53,777 bases of DNA from a virus (lineage: Duplodnaviria > Caudoviricetes): IMG/VR virus record IMGVR_UViG_3300036851_000252, positions 1 to 53,777 of that record; one strand, given 5' to 3'. The notes beneath the pieces are model-generated. The model was not told the DNA's origin, made no database searches, and was given only the letters and a program-made list of their open reading frames with translations. The translations under genes were made by a program, and so were the position numbers. How positions within the stretch are numbered: position 1 is the first letter of the stretch; the number at the start of each line of letters is the position of its first letter. Below are positions 45,760 to 53,777 of this stretch, one piece after another.

Positions 45760-46121
45760 TGTATATTTCACGTGCTCTTATAATCAAAACTCCTTGGACA
45801 GATCTTATCCTGAAGGGTGAGAAGACATGGGAGATCCGTGGCAGCAAAACAAATATTCGTGGTACGATCGGTATTATTGAATCAGGTACTGGTACGATCG
45901 TTGGAGCAGTAGATCTGATCGATTGTATCGGTCCATTGTCTGTTGAAGAGATGAATAAACACGGAAAGAAACATCAGCTAATAACACCAATGTACGCTGA
46001 CGAGATGCCATATCCTAAAACATATGCTTGGGTTGTTGACGGTCCCGTTAAGTTTAAGAAGCCCGTCCCGTATAACCATCCCATGGGCGCGGTGATCTGG
46101 GTTAATTTGGATAACACATGA
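45759..46121 (+). CDS. ASCH-domain protein
   Basis: PWTDLILKGEKTWEIR, YAWV. Confidence 0.88.
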   Translation: MYISRALIIKTPWTDLILKGEKTWEIRGSKTNIRGTIGIIESGTGTIVGAVDLIDCIGPLSVEEMNKHGKKHQLITPMYADEMPYPKTYAWVVDGPVKFKKPVPYNHPMGAVIWVNLDNT

Positions 46122-46354
46122 CTGAACCATCACATGATCTTGTTGGCCTAATGTTCGGTGGCACTAGCGATGAAGCTGAAGTAGTTCGGTGGTGCCGCAA
46201 TTGCGGCGCTGTTGTAATCGACCTTGAATATGATGGTCGTACCGCAGCAGGTGCCATCATGAAGATGCGTGTACCAACACTGACACAGGATACACACTGT
46301 CGTAGTCCAGATAAGTTGGAACATTACAGACAAACTGGAAAGAACCGTAAATAA
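46118..46354 (+). CDS. Hypothetical protein
   Basis: VVRWCRNCGAVV. Confidence 0.65.
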   Translation: MTEPSHDLVGLMFGGTSDEAEVVRWCRNCGAVVIDLEYDGRTAAGAIMKMRVPTLTQDTHCRSPDKLEHYRQTGKNRK

Positions 46355-46357
46355 TTT

Positions 46358-46430
46358 GCCCCTATAACTCAGTGGCCAGAGTACGTCGCTTCGAACGACG
46401 GAGTCGGGAGTTCAAGTCTCTCTAGGGGTG
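46358..46430 (+). tRNA. tRNA-Arg(TCG), CCA not encoded
   Basis: CGTCG-CTTCGAA-CGACG; canonical D and T arms. Confidence 0.88.
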
Positions 46431-46449
46431 CTAACAAGGAGAATGATAG

Positions 46450-46767
46450 ATGGGTTGGATTGGTGTAGACTTAGATGGCACACTAGCTGTGTATGATAGT
46501 TGGAAAGGTGGAGAGATTGGTGAGCCAGTTCCTGCCATGGCGTTTCGAGTCAGAAAATGGTTAGCAGATGGAAAAGAGGTTCGCATCATGACAGCTCGTG
46601 CTTCAGTTCCTGAATTGATTCCGGCTATTGAAACATGGTGCGAGACGCACTTCGGCAAGAAGCTTCCTGTTACGAATGTCAAAGACTTTTCAATGATTGA
46701 ACTTTGGGACGATCGTGCTATCCAGGTTGAGCCAAATACTGGACGTAGGATGGATGGAAAAGACTAA
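46450..46767 (+). CDS. Small HAD-family phosphatase (PNKP 3'-phosphatase-like)
   Basis: VDLDGTLA, MTAR, K, WDDRA. Confidence 0.82.
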   Translation: MGWIGVDLDGTLAVYDSWKGGEIGEPVPAMAFRVRKWLADGKEVRIMTARASVPELIPAIETWCETHFGKKLPVTNVKDFSMIELWDDRAIQVEPNTGRRMDGKD

Positions 46768-46823
46768 ATAGTGATGAATAAGAGAAACCACGCATTTGTG
46801 GTGGCTTTTTGGGGAACATACTG

Positions 46824-47144
46824 ATGGCAACGAATATCAATCTTACATGGATTAACCCAACCAGCCGCATTAACAACGATCCGTTGAATCCATCAGAATT
46901 CACGACAACTATAGAACACATGGATCCAGGTGAAGGTAACTGGACTGTTATCGCATCAGATATCGACAGCAGTGTTACAGCATATGCATTTTTGAATGCT
47001 GCTACTGGACTTCACAAATTCCGCATATATGCGGTAGATATCAGTGATGTGCGTGTGAGTCATTTTGCTATGGTCAATGCTACAATTCATGAACCACGTC
47101 CATCATCAAGAGCCGCAGTAAGCGCGACAATTGTTACTACGTAA
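46824..47144 (+). CDS. Fibronectin-III-like small late protein
   Basis: LTWINP...FRIYAVD beta-sandwich pattern; TAAATA at 46765. Confidence 0.6.
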   Translation: MATNINLTWINPTSRINNDPLNPSEFTTTIEHMDPGEGNWTVIASDIDSSVTAYAFLNAATGLHKFRIYAVDISDVRVSHFAMVNATIHEPRPSSRAAVSATIVTT

Positions 47145-47158
47145 CCCTATTAAAATTG

Positions 47159-47186
47159 TTGCCATCTTAAACTAACCATATATACT
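47159..47186 (+). promoter_or_regulatory. Sigma70-like promoter for the Y-RNA-like/Ro60 unit
   Basis: TTGCCA-16nt-TATACT; predicted start coincides with element 6. Confidence 0.6.
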
Positions 47187-47191
47187 ATGGC

Positions 47192-47266
47192 TTGCTGTTG
47201 CGTAGGGAAGGGTTACTTCATACTTTTTGTATAAAACAAGCTCTCTTTTCGACTTTGACTCAGCAA
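47192..47266 (+). ncRNA. Y-RNA-like element 6 (short)
   Basis: TTGCTG-TTGCGTAG-GGAAGGG-TTACTTCA...CTCTTTT-CGAC-TTTGACT-CAGCAA. Confidence 0.8.
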
Positions 47267-47400
47267 CTTATTTTAGGCGCCGAAAGGCTAGGGAATTACA
47301 ACCCCGAATCAACCAAGTTGTAAGACTAGATGTGACGATCAACTGTGAAGTTCTGCAGTCAGAACGGAGTTGGTTACATCGAACGAATATACAAATATAC

Positions 47401-47482
47401 GTCCGTTGCGTAGTGAACAGATACTTCATATTAAAGCCTCACGGCTTTGCCAAAAAAGACTGTTTGCGAATTTGACTCGGCC
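47401..47482 (+). ncRNA. Y-RNA-like element 7 (short)
   Basis: GTCCG-TTGCGTAG-TGAACAG-ATACTTCA...CTGTTTG-CGAA-TTTGACT-CGGCC. Confidence 0.8.
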
Positions 47483-47580
47483 ATATATGAAAGAATTCTG
47501 TAGATGCACTCGCATCTCCGAACATGTCATATGCCTGTCATTGCATCGGTCGTAATAACCAAAGATGATAGGAGAACGAT

Positions 47581-49140
47581 ATGACAAAGTTGAATCAGAA
47601 GGGCGTATCGCGCCGCGCTACAGCACCAGTTGCAGTTAGCTACAATGGAAATCCACAGTTTGCACAGACAGAAGCTTTTGCTCTGTATGATCTTGTTGTG
47701 TCTCATTTCTTCGGAAAGGACACATTCTATGAATCAAACGATGAGCGCTTGAAGCGTCTTGAGACATTAGTTGCCGGCGTTGTTTCAACAGGCAACTTGC
47801 ACTTCATCGCAAACACAATTGTCAATGCTCGTCATGTGATGAACATGCGTTCTATGCCTCTTGTCCTTGCAGTACATTTTGCGAAGGCTCTTCGTGATCA
47901 GAACAAGCAGTACCCACACCTTCGTGAAGTCATTCGTGACGTAATCGGTCGTGCCGATCAGATCACTGATTTGTACGCTGTAGCTCTTGGTGTCTTCGGT
48001 TCGAAGAACAAGATTCCACTTGCTATCAAGCGTGGTGTTGCCGATGCGTTCAACAAGTTCAACGAGTACCAGTTCGCTAAGTACAACTCAAAGGCTGCTG
48101 TGAAGCTTAAGGACGTTCTTCGTATCGTCCACCCAAAGGGTTCAACTGAAGAGCAGGGTGCGTTGTTCAAGCGTATCATGACAGACACAATGGCTGTGGC
48201 TGACACGTGGGAAGCAAAGCTTTCACAGAACGGTCAGCTTGATGAGAAGGAAAAGAAGTCAAAGGCCGACCTTTGGGGCGATATGCTTGCAAAGGGCAAG
48301 GGGTTTGGTTACATGGCATTGCTTCGTAACCTTCGCAACATGTGGGAAGCTCCAATCACAGATGCAAACAAGGCAATCGTTTACGAGCGTCTTGCAGATC
48401 CAGCTGAAGTGAAGAAGAGCAAGCAGTTCCCATTCCGTTTCGTCAATGCAATGACAAACGTTGCTCAGTTTGGTGACTCGAAGTTGAAGCGTGCATTGTC
48501 TCGCGCCGTTGATGCCAGCCTTGGTAACTTGCCACAGCTTGGCAACGGTGTTTGGATCATCATCGACTGCTCAGGCAGCATGGGTGGTGAGCGTTTCGAG
48601 AACGCATCATTGTTTGCCGCAGCCCTTGCAAAGGCCAACGCTGATGCTAAGAACGTTGCAGTAACAATGTTCAGCGACAACGCTAAGCACGTTACGTTCA
48701 ATGGAGACAATCCTGTGTTGACGATTCAGGAAGGCTTCAAGAAGGAAATCTATGGTGGTGGCACCAACCTTCAGGCAGCTTTGGAATTGAAGAGCAAGCT
48801 TGGCTTTGAGCCAGACACTGTTATCGTGATCAGCGATATGCAGGTCAATGCATTGTCAGGCAGCCGCTATGGATCACGTGTAAACGTTGGTTCATTGTTC
48901 AAGTCAGGTACTGTCAAGGTTGCTATTAACGTAGCAGGCTATGCCAACACACCACTTACCGATCTTGATGGCTGGTATCAGTTGACGGGTTGGTCGGATC
49001 GTATCTTTGACTTCATCCCAGCAATGCGTGAGAAGCAGAGTGTCGTTCAGACATTGTCAACCCGTTATGAGGGTATCCCTAAGAGGGTAAAGACGGTTGA
49101 GGTCGAGGAAGTCGACGAAGTTGAAAAGGAAGCTGAATAA
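47581..49140 (+). CDS. rsr: Ro60/Rsr TROVE-domain RNA-binding protein with vWA domain
   Basis: DTFYE, KLKDVLRIVHPK, TWE, GYMALLRNLRN, SKQFPFRF, DCSGSM, GGTN, ISDMQ. Confidence 0.93.
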   Translation: MTKLNQKGVSRRATAPVAVSYNGNPQFAQTEAFALYDLVVSHFFGKDTFYESNDERLKRLETLVAGVVSTGNLHFIANTIVNARHVMNMRSMPLVLAVHFAKALRDQNKQYPHLREVIRDVIGRADQITDLYAVALGVFGSKNKIPLAIKRGVADAFNKFNEYQFAKYNSKAAVKLKDVLRIVHPKGSTEEQGALFKRIMTDTMAVADTWEAKLSQNGQLDEKEKKSKADLWGDMLAKGKGFGYMALLRNLRNMWEAPITDANKAIVYERLADPAEVKKSKQFPFRFVNAMTNVAQFGDSKLKRALSRAVDASLGNLPQLGNGVWIIIDCSGSMGGERFENASLFAAALAKANADAKNVAVTMFSDNAKHVTFNGDNPVLTIQEGFKKEIYGGGTNLQAALELKSKLGFEPDTVIVISDMQVNALSGSRYGSRVNVGSLFKSGTVKVAINVAGYANTPLTDLDGWYQLTGWSDRIFDFIPAMREKQSVVQTLSTRYEGIPKRVKTVEVEEVDEVEKEAE

Positions 49141-49150
49141 GCTGTAAACT

Positions 49151-49178
49151 AGGGGCCTGAAAAGGCCCCTTTTTATTG
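49151..49178 (+). terminator. Intrinsic terminator after Ro60
   Basis: AGGGGCCT-gaaa-AGGCCCCT-TTTT. Confidence 0.85.
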
Positions 49179-49333
49179 GAGACGCTTATGTCACTTACAG
49201 AGATCGTCGCTTGCATTCCAGCAGCATTTGGTGCTCTACTCTTCATTGGTTTCTTGTGTGCTGAATTTACACGGCCAGATGAAACAGAAATTTATGATGA
49301 GTATCGTCTGTGGGTCACAAAAGGGATCCACAA

Positions 49334-49537
49334 ATGAAAAATCCAAAAACATTAACACCACAAGAACGTCTTGCTCGTATCGCAGAAATTATCGTCAATG
49401 TAGACGATCGCTGTATGGCATACGATGGTGCTGTCGGCGACACACTCGAAGAAATGACCAAAGATGAGATTCGTGAGATCTATCAAATGGCGATCGGCAA
49501 AAAGATCAAATATACTGTCGATTATAAGGAGCAATAA
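49334..49537 (+). CDS. Hypothetical protein
   Basis: VDDRCMAYDG. Confidence 0.65.
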   Translation: MKNPKTLTPQERLARIAEIIVNVDDRCMAYDGAVGDTLEEMTKDEIREIYQMAIGKKIKYTVDYKEQ

Positions 49538-49540
49538 GAA

Positions 49541-49810
49541 ATGAACATCATCGAGAAATTAGGAATTGATTTGCCGGCTGTGACTACTATGGTAGATGAG
49601 TACAACCAGTACTTGATTCAATACACCGTCAAGATGCAGGAATTGTTAGGAGATAAACTTCCATCAGTTGTAATTAACAATCTCACCGATGACGAACTTG
49701 CTGAATTGGTAGCCTTATTGCCACCTGATATGTTCTATCGAAATGAACTAAAGTTCATGTTGAAGATTCGCAAAGAGCGACAACAAAATGAATACAAGTT
49801 AGGTATCTAA
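49541..49810 (+). CDS. Hypothetical protein
   Basis: AAGGAG RBS. Confidence 0.65.
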   Translation: MNIIEKLGIDLPAVTTMVDEYNQYLIQYTVKMQELLGDKLPSVVINNLTDDELAELVALLPPDMFYRNELKFMLKIRKERQQNEYKLGI

Positions 49811-50296
49811 ATGGATATCATTAAGCCACCAAACAAGATTCGCATCTACGAAAATGAACCATCTGTTTTCTTGGCTGGTTCAATCGAGATGGGAGTAGCT
49901 AGACATTGGCAGGATGAGTTCACTGCTGAGCTTCAGATCCTTTTCCCTGATGAGGGGGTGATCTTGAATCCACGGCGCGTGGAGTGGGATTCATCGTGGG
50001 AGCAGAAAGAAGATAATCCAAAGTTTGCTGAGCAAGTAAACTGGGAATTAGATGCTCTAGATCGTTGTGGCCATATTGTAATGTATTTTGATCCTAACAC
50101 CAAGAGTCCAATTTCATTATTAGAACTTGGGCTGTATGCCAGCAGTGGTAAACTACTTGTTTGCTGTCCAGAAGGATTCTGGCGAAAGGGAAATGTGGAT
50201 ATTGTATGCACCCGATACAATATACCAAAGGTTTCATCATTGAAGGAAGCAGCAATTTACATTGCTACGAGAACATATCCGCACATCTATGCTTAA
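49811..50296 (+). CDS. Nucleoside 2-deoxyribosyltransferase-like protein
   Basis: VFLAGSI, LNPRR, QVNWELDAL, SPISLLELG. Confidence 0.88.
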   Translation: MDIIKPPNKIRIYENEPSVFLAGSIEMGVARHWQDEFTAELQILFPDEGVILNPRRVEWDSSWEQKEDNPKFAEQVNWELDALDRCGHIVMYFDPNTKSPISLLELGLYASSGKLLVCCPEGFWRKGNVDIVCTRYNIPKVSSLKEAAIYIATRTYPHIYA

Positions 50297-51071
50297 GTTG
50301 AACCAACACACAGATTTGATTTGGTCAATCACAAGCGAAAAGAAAGAAGTAATCGCACGTACATTCATTCGCTTTCAAGAATTCTATGAGAATCCTGTTT
50401 TCAAAGGTAAGAAAGGATTCACAGTAGCAGACATTGAACAGTGGTGGACTAAAAAGTGTGAAGATGAGAAAGAGGCAGAAGATTACTACTCATATTGGTC
50501 GGGTTTCAATATTCCCGGTTGGGTTATTTTTGAATTCCTGAAGACCAAGTCTTTTCATCCGTTAACAGAACTGGAACAAGAGATGATCGATTTGCTTGAA
50601 GTGATTCCAGCAAAAGATCTGGCTAACGGCATTATACTTGGCGTTGGCGACGACACCGATGATGTGTTCGATCATGAATTTGCTCATGGCCTGTATAGCA
50701 CCAACAAAGCGTACAACCATCGGCAGTTAGACAACTTGTGGGACCTTGAGAAGTACCACCCAAAAGTGTATGCCAAGTTCAAACAAGAACTATTGGATCT
50801 TGGATACCACGAATCTGTAATACAGGATGAAATTCATGCATACTGTTCAACATACGTATGGTATCTGACAAAGGAGTACTCAGAGATCTTTGGTTCAGAT
50901 GTAGATAAGATCACATCTGGCTTTGTACGAACTTTTGAGTTCTACAAGAGTCAGAATGTACCTACTCTGTTAAAGGAATCCTTAGCGAACCGAGTTAGCT
51001 TGGCCGATAGAGTACGCGCGATTTTTCCAACCCTTCTCAAATACCTTAAGAGATGGTTTGTTCGCAATTAG
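50289..51071 (+). CDS. Hypothetical zincin-like protein
   Basis: RFQEFYE, HEFAH. Confidence 0.7.
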   Translation: MLKLNQHTDLIWSITSEKKEVIARTFIRFQEFYENPVFKGKKGFTVADIEQWWTKKCEDEKEAEDYYSYWSGFNIPGWVIFEFLKTKSFHPLTELEQEMIDLLEVIPAKDLANGIILGVGDDTDDVFDHEFAHGLYSTNKAYNHRQLDNLWDLEKYHPKVYAKFKQELLDLGYHESVIQDEIHAYCSTYVWYLTKEYSEIFGSDVDKITSGFVRTFEFYKSQNVPTLLKESLANRVSLADRVRAIFPTLLKYLKRWFVRN

Positions 51072-51554
51072 TCTCTGATAGAAACCATAGGCTTCATTAC
51101 AGTAAGCAGTGATTAGTTTCTGCTCCTGATCACCATCGCCAATTGCATTTAGTGTTGCGAAAGAAGCATTACCGAGCATACCATCAACTGTTAAGCGCAA
51201 ACTAAATGCTTTGTTCATTGCTTCCTGAAGAAGAATATGTGCACGCTTTGCTCCCATGTTGACTGACAAGTCGAACACCTTTGTAGCAATCGTTTGATCG
51301 TTGATCATACCGTACTTGTACTTGTCCCACCAAGCTGTTTTGTATACTCTCTTAGCATCTTCGACGGACATGTTCTTGATGTCTTCACGATCGATATCAC
51401 CGTCGTGATCGAAGTCGCCTACTGTTAGTGGCATCTCCTGAAGGAAGCGGAGGCTGACACCATAATTAGTTGCACCACCTGGATCGTTAGGGTTGTTAAC
51501 GTAACCGCCTTCATGTTTAAGTAAAAGATTTATTGCTTTGTCAAAAGTGGACAT
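50982..51554 (-). CDS. GH108 lysozyme/endolysin
   Basis: HEGGYVNNPNDPGGATNYGV, VDGMLG, GWKNR; late motif upstream. Confidence 0.92.
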   Translation of the reverse strand: MSTFDKAINLLLKHEGGYVNNPNDPGGATNYGVSLRFLQEMPLTVGDFDHDGDIDREDIKNMSVEDAKRVYKTAWWDKYKYGMINDQTIATKVFDLSVNMGAKRAHILLQEAMNKAFSLRLTVDGMLGNASFATLNAIGDGDQEQKLITAYCNEAYGFYQRLIANKPSLKVFEKGWKNRAYSIGQANSVR

Positions 51555-51611
51555 GGTAGGATATCTCCTATAGATTAGGTTACTATTTACCAGAACACCA
51601 AGGAAACCCTC

Positions 51612-52007
51612 ATGTCAAGACCCAGAAAGACCATTTGGATCACACTCCAATTCGAAGGCATTCACAAATACCCAGCTGCTTTAGAGAATCCAGCTCTTAA
51701 AGACGTAGACTTCCTTGGTTATCCACATCGCCACCAATTCCACGTGAAAGCAGAACTTGAAGTGTTCCACGATGATCGTGACTTAGAATTCATTCTGGTG
51801 AAGAGAGATCTGCAGAAGTCAATCCTGTCAGGCATTCTTCAGCTAGATCACAAGAGTTGTGAGATGATCTCTGACGACATCGCCAACTACCTCAAAGCAA
51901 AATATCCAAAGCGTTGGATCTGCATTGATGTATCAGAAGATGGTGAAAATGGATGCCATTGCGAGTATCCAGTTCAGAAGTTCTTTGGTGATGGCGGTGC
52001 AATGTGA
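51612..52007 (+). CDS. QueD/PTPS-like T-fold protein
   Basis: EGIHKYP, HRHQFH, DRDLEF, SCEMI, VSEDGENG. Confidence 0.75.
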   Translation: MSRPRKTIWITLQFEGIHKYPAALENPALKDVDFLGYPHRHQFHVKAELEVFHDDRDLEFILVKRDLQKSILSGILQLDHKSCEMISDDIANYLKAKYPKRWICIDVSEDGENGCHCEYPVQKFFGDGGAM

Positions 52008-52234
52008 GCTCAAGTTCAGGGTTCATTCGTTTTACTGATCCTCTCGATCGTGAACAGTTCCTCCTGCAGATCAATGCTGTATTGGGTGTCGATCATTTGT
52101 TCACTGAAGCCACAGACAAATGCATGTTGTTGTATCAAGATCTACATGACACATACATGCATGAGGTTCGTTGTATAGCACATAACTTTAGAGGTGAAAT
52201 TATTGACAATTTCACCTACGAACCTTTGGTATGA
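52004..52234 (+). CDS. Hypothetical protein
   Basis: GTGA coupling. Confidence 0.55.
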   Translation: MSSSSGFIRFTDPLDREQFLLQINAVLGVDHLFTEATDKCMLLYQDLHDTYMHEVRCIAHNFRGEIIDNFTYEPLV

Positions 52235-52292
52235 CCGTATATCCCTAACTACGTTTGATGGATAGTCGAAGGGAAAGTCTTAAGGGGACACA

Positions 52293-52613
52293 ATGAAGAA
52301 GCAGAAAGTTCTAACACCTGAACAAGAAGAACAATTGGAATTCAAAAAGAATTTACGTCGATTAAACAATGGTTGGGAACTCCATTGTTGGCGAATGTCC
52401 TCGCCTCACAACTATTGGTTGACAGGCAAGCAATCAAATTCTGAACATCATCTTGATCGAAAAGCCGGTTTCAAGCTGGTACAGTATGTTGAAGGGAAGC
52501 AGTTTCGCAAGTATGAAAGCGAAGAGACAGTGCCATACTACAGTCTTAGACCAAGTCGCAAACCTGCGTTTGACTCTTATCAAGCACAAGAGACAATTTG
52601 GAGACGATATTAA
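52293..52613 (+). CDS. Hypothetical protein
   Basis: AGGGG RBS. Confidence 0.65.
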   Translation: MKKQKVLTPEQEEQLEFKKNLRRLNNGWELHCWRMSSPHNYWLTGKQSNSEHHLDRKAGFKLVQYVEGKQFRKYESEETVPYYSLRPSRKPAFDSYQAQETIWRRY

Positions 52614-53440
52614 TGGATAAGACAATTCCAACGAAAGAAAAACCAGCATTTGGCATCATTGCACCAACTGCATATCTTGACAGATACTCAAACCAGTCAA
52701 ATTTCCATCTTGTATTGGCACATCTGGTTGACACAGATTTCACATACATGGAATTCTACCGTGAGATGTCCCAACGTGGTGATTTTATTATCATGGACAA
52801 TGGTGCATTCGAACTTGGTGAAAGCTACGCACCAGATAAGTTGATTGAACTTGGCCTCATGTGCCAAGCCGATGCCATTGTTCTTCCTGACTATCCATTC
52901 CAACCAGCAAAGAAGACAGTTGAAGCTGCTGAAGCTCTTGGCAACCAAGTCAAAGATGCAGGGTTCAAAACATTCTTTTGTCCTCAGAGCGAAGTAGGCC
53001 AACTTGAAGATTGGATCAAGGCGTACACATGGGCTTCTGCAACACCATGGATTGACATCATCGGTATGAGCATTCTTGGCATTCCAAATGCTCTACCACA
53101 TCTGCCACGCGCTTATGCTCGTGTCGTTATGACACAGCTTCTGATTGATCGTGCATTGTTCAATCATTCAAAGTACCACCACTATCTTGGTTTGAACGCT
53201 GGTCCAAATCTTGAGATCCCTGCGTTGATCAACATGAGAGCATTAAACAGCTGTGATAGTTCGGGTCCAGTATGGGCTGGCATTTGCGGTCAGATGTACA
53301 CTCCGGCAGCAGATTCGTTCCAGATGTCACGAAAGATTGACAAACATGTAGACTTCAGTTATCCTATGACATCAAACGAATACGTCCACTCGGCAATTCA
53401 GACGAACGTGGACATGACATTATCACTATTTGGACAATAA
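52613..53440 (+). CDS. TGT/DpdA-like TIM-barrel transglycosylase
   Basis: IMDNGAFE, VLPD, PQ, HYLG, SCDSS in TGT-like order. Confidence 0.65.
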   Translation: MDKTIPTKEKPAFGIIAPTAYLDRYSNQSNFHLVLAHLVDTDFTYMEFYREMSQRGDFIIMDNGAFELGESYAPDKLIELGLMCQADAIVLPDYPFQPAKKTVEAAEALGNQVKDAGFKTFFCPQSEVGQLEDWIKAYTWASATPWIDIIGMSILGIPNALPHLPRAYARVVMTQLLIDRALFNHSKYHHYLGLNAGPNLEIPALINMRALNSCDSSGPVWAGICGQMYTPAADSFQMSRKIDKHVDFSYPMTSNEYVHSAIQTNVDMTLSLFGQ

Positions 53441-53777
53441 ATGTTTTTAGATCCAGTTAAAGCCATCCAAGATGGATGGATTAAGTTTCCCGAATGGATG
53501 AATGCAGAATTCAAAGGCAAGTGTGTTCAACCTAACGCAATTGATTTCACGTTGGATCACATCTATCATGTTAGCTACAACAACACTTTTGAAATCAGCG
53601 AAACAGACAAAAAGATGAGAGGCAGTCATGAAATTGCAGCGTTGCCAATCGCTGGGGCTGCAAAGTTGAATGGGCAGCTCGGTTGGGCTCTGCATGATAA
53701 CCAGATGTATGATTGTCTATCCGACTTCTATGTAGAGCTTCCTGAAGGTGTAGCCGCAATGATGGTTACACGTTCAA
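53441..53777 (+). CDS. dUTPase/dCTP deaminase-like protein, 3'-partial
   Basis: MFLDPVK...VQPNAIDFTL...ELPEGVAAMMVTRS, open to the window end; not in the ORF track. Confidence 0.8.
   Translation, partial: MFLDPVKAIQDGWIKFPEWMNAEFKGKCVQPNAIDFTLDHIYHVSYNNTFEISETDKKMRGSHEIAALPIAGAAKLNGQLGWALHDNQMYDCLSDFYVELPEGVAAMMVTRS

Overview
This window is part of a large T4-like (jumbo myovirus-type) phage genome, probably infecting a Gram-negative host. It uses the standard genetic code and is almost entirely on the + strand. 1-5 kb: collagen-like fibre end, 2OG-Fe(II) oxygenase, and a tail fibre with an S74 chaperone. 5-19 kb: minimal DnaE-like polymerase core, nucleotidyltransferase, FolE2, ADP-ribosylglycohydrolase, Rnl1 and late genes. 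19-47 kb: a translation/RNA-repair island with about 27 near-canonical and about 7 atypical tRNA genes, an RlmN/Cfr-like methylase, a 2H phosphoesterase, Pth2, a second RNA ligase, a HAD phosphatase, an ASCH protein, and an RF1-like release factor interrupted by one in-frame UGA. 47-54 kb: Ro60/TROVE, endolysin, and QueD-, DpdA/TGT- and dUTPase-like genes. The strongest unannotated signals are: (i) seven copies of a covarying ncRNA scaffold (G-TTGCGTAG-N7-NTACTTC ... CRAY-TTTNNCT-C), two directly upstream of Ro60 and five in the tRNA array, several enclosing circularly permuted tRNA domains, one of them a complete permuted tRNA-Tyr (candidate new Y-RNA family); (ii) a 43-codon leader ORF with mutually exclusive antiterminator and terminator helices at the head of the tRNA array; (iii) the UGA-gated release factor; (iv) mini-ORFs carrying capsid-protein fragments and a shared C-terminal YD(R/D)AM tag. 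All calls come from manual motif and base-pair reading; no searches or folding programs were run.
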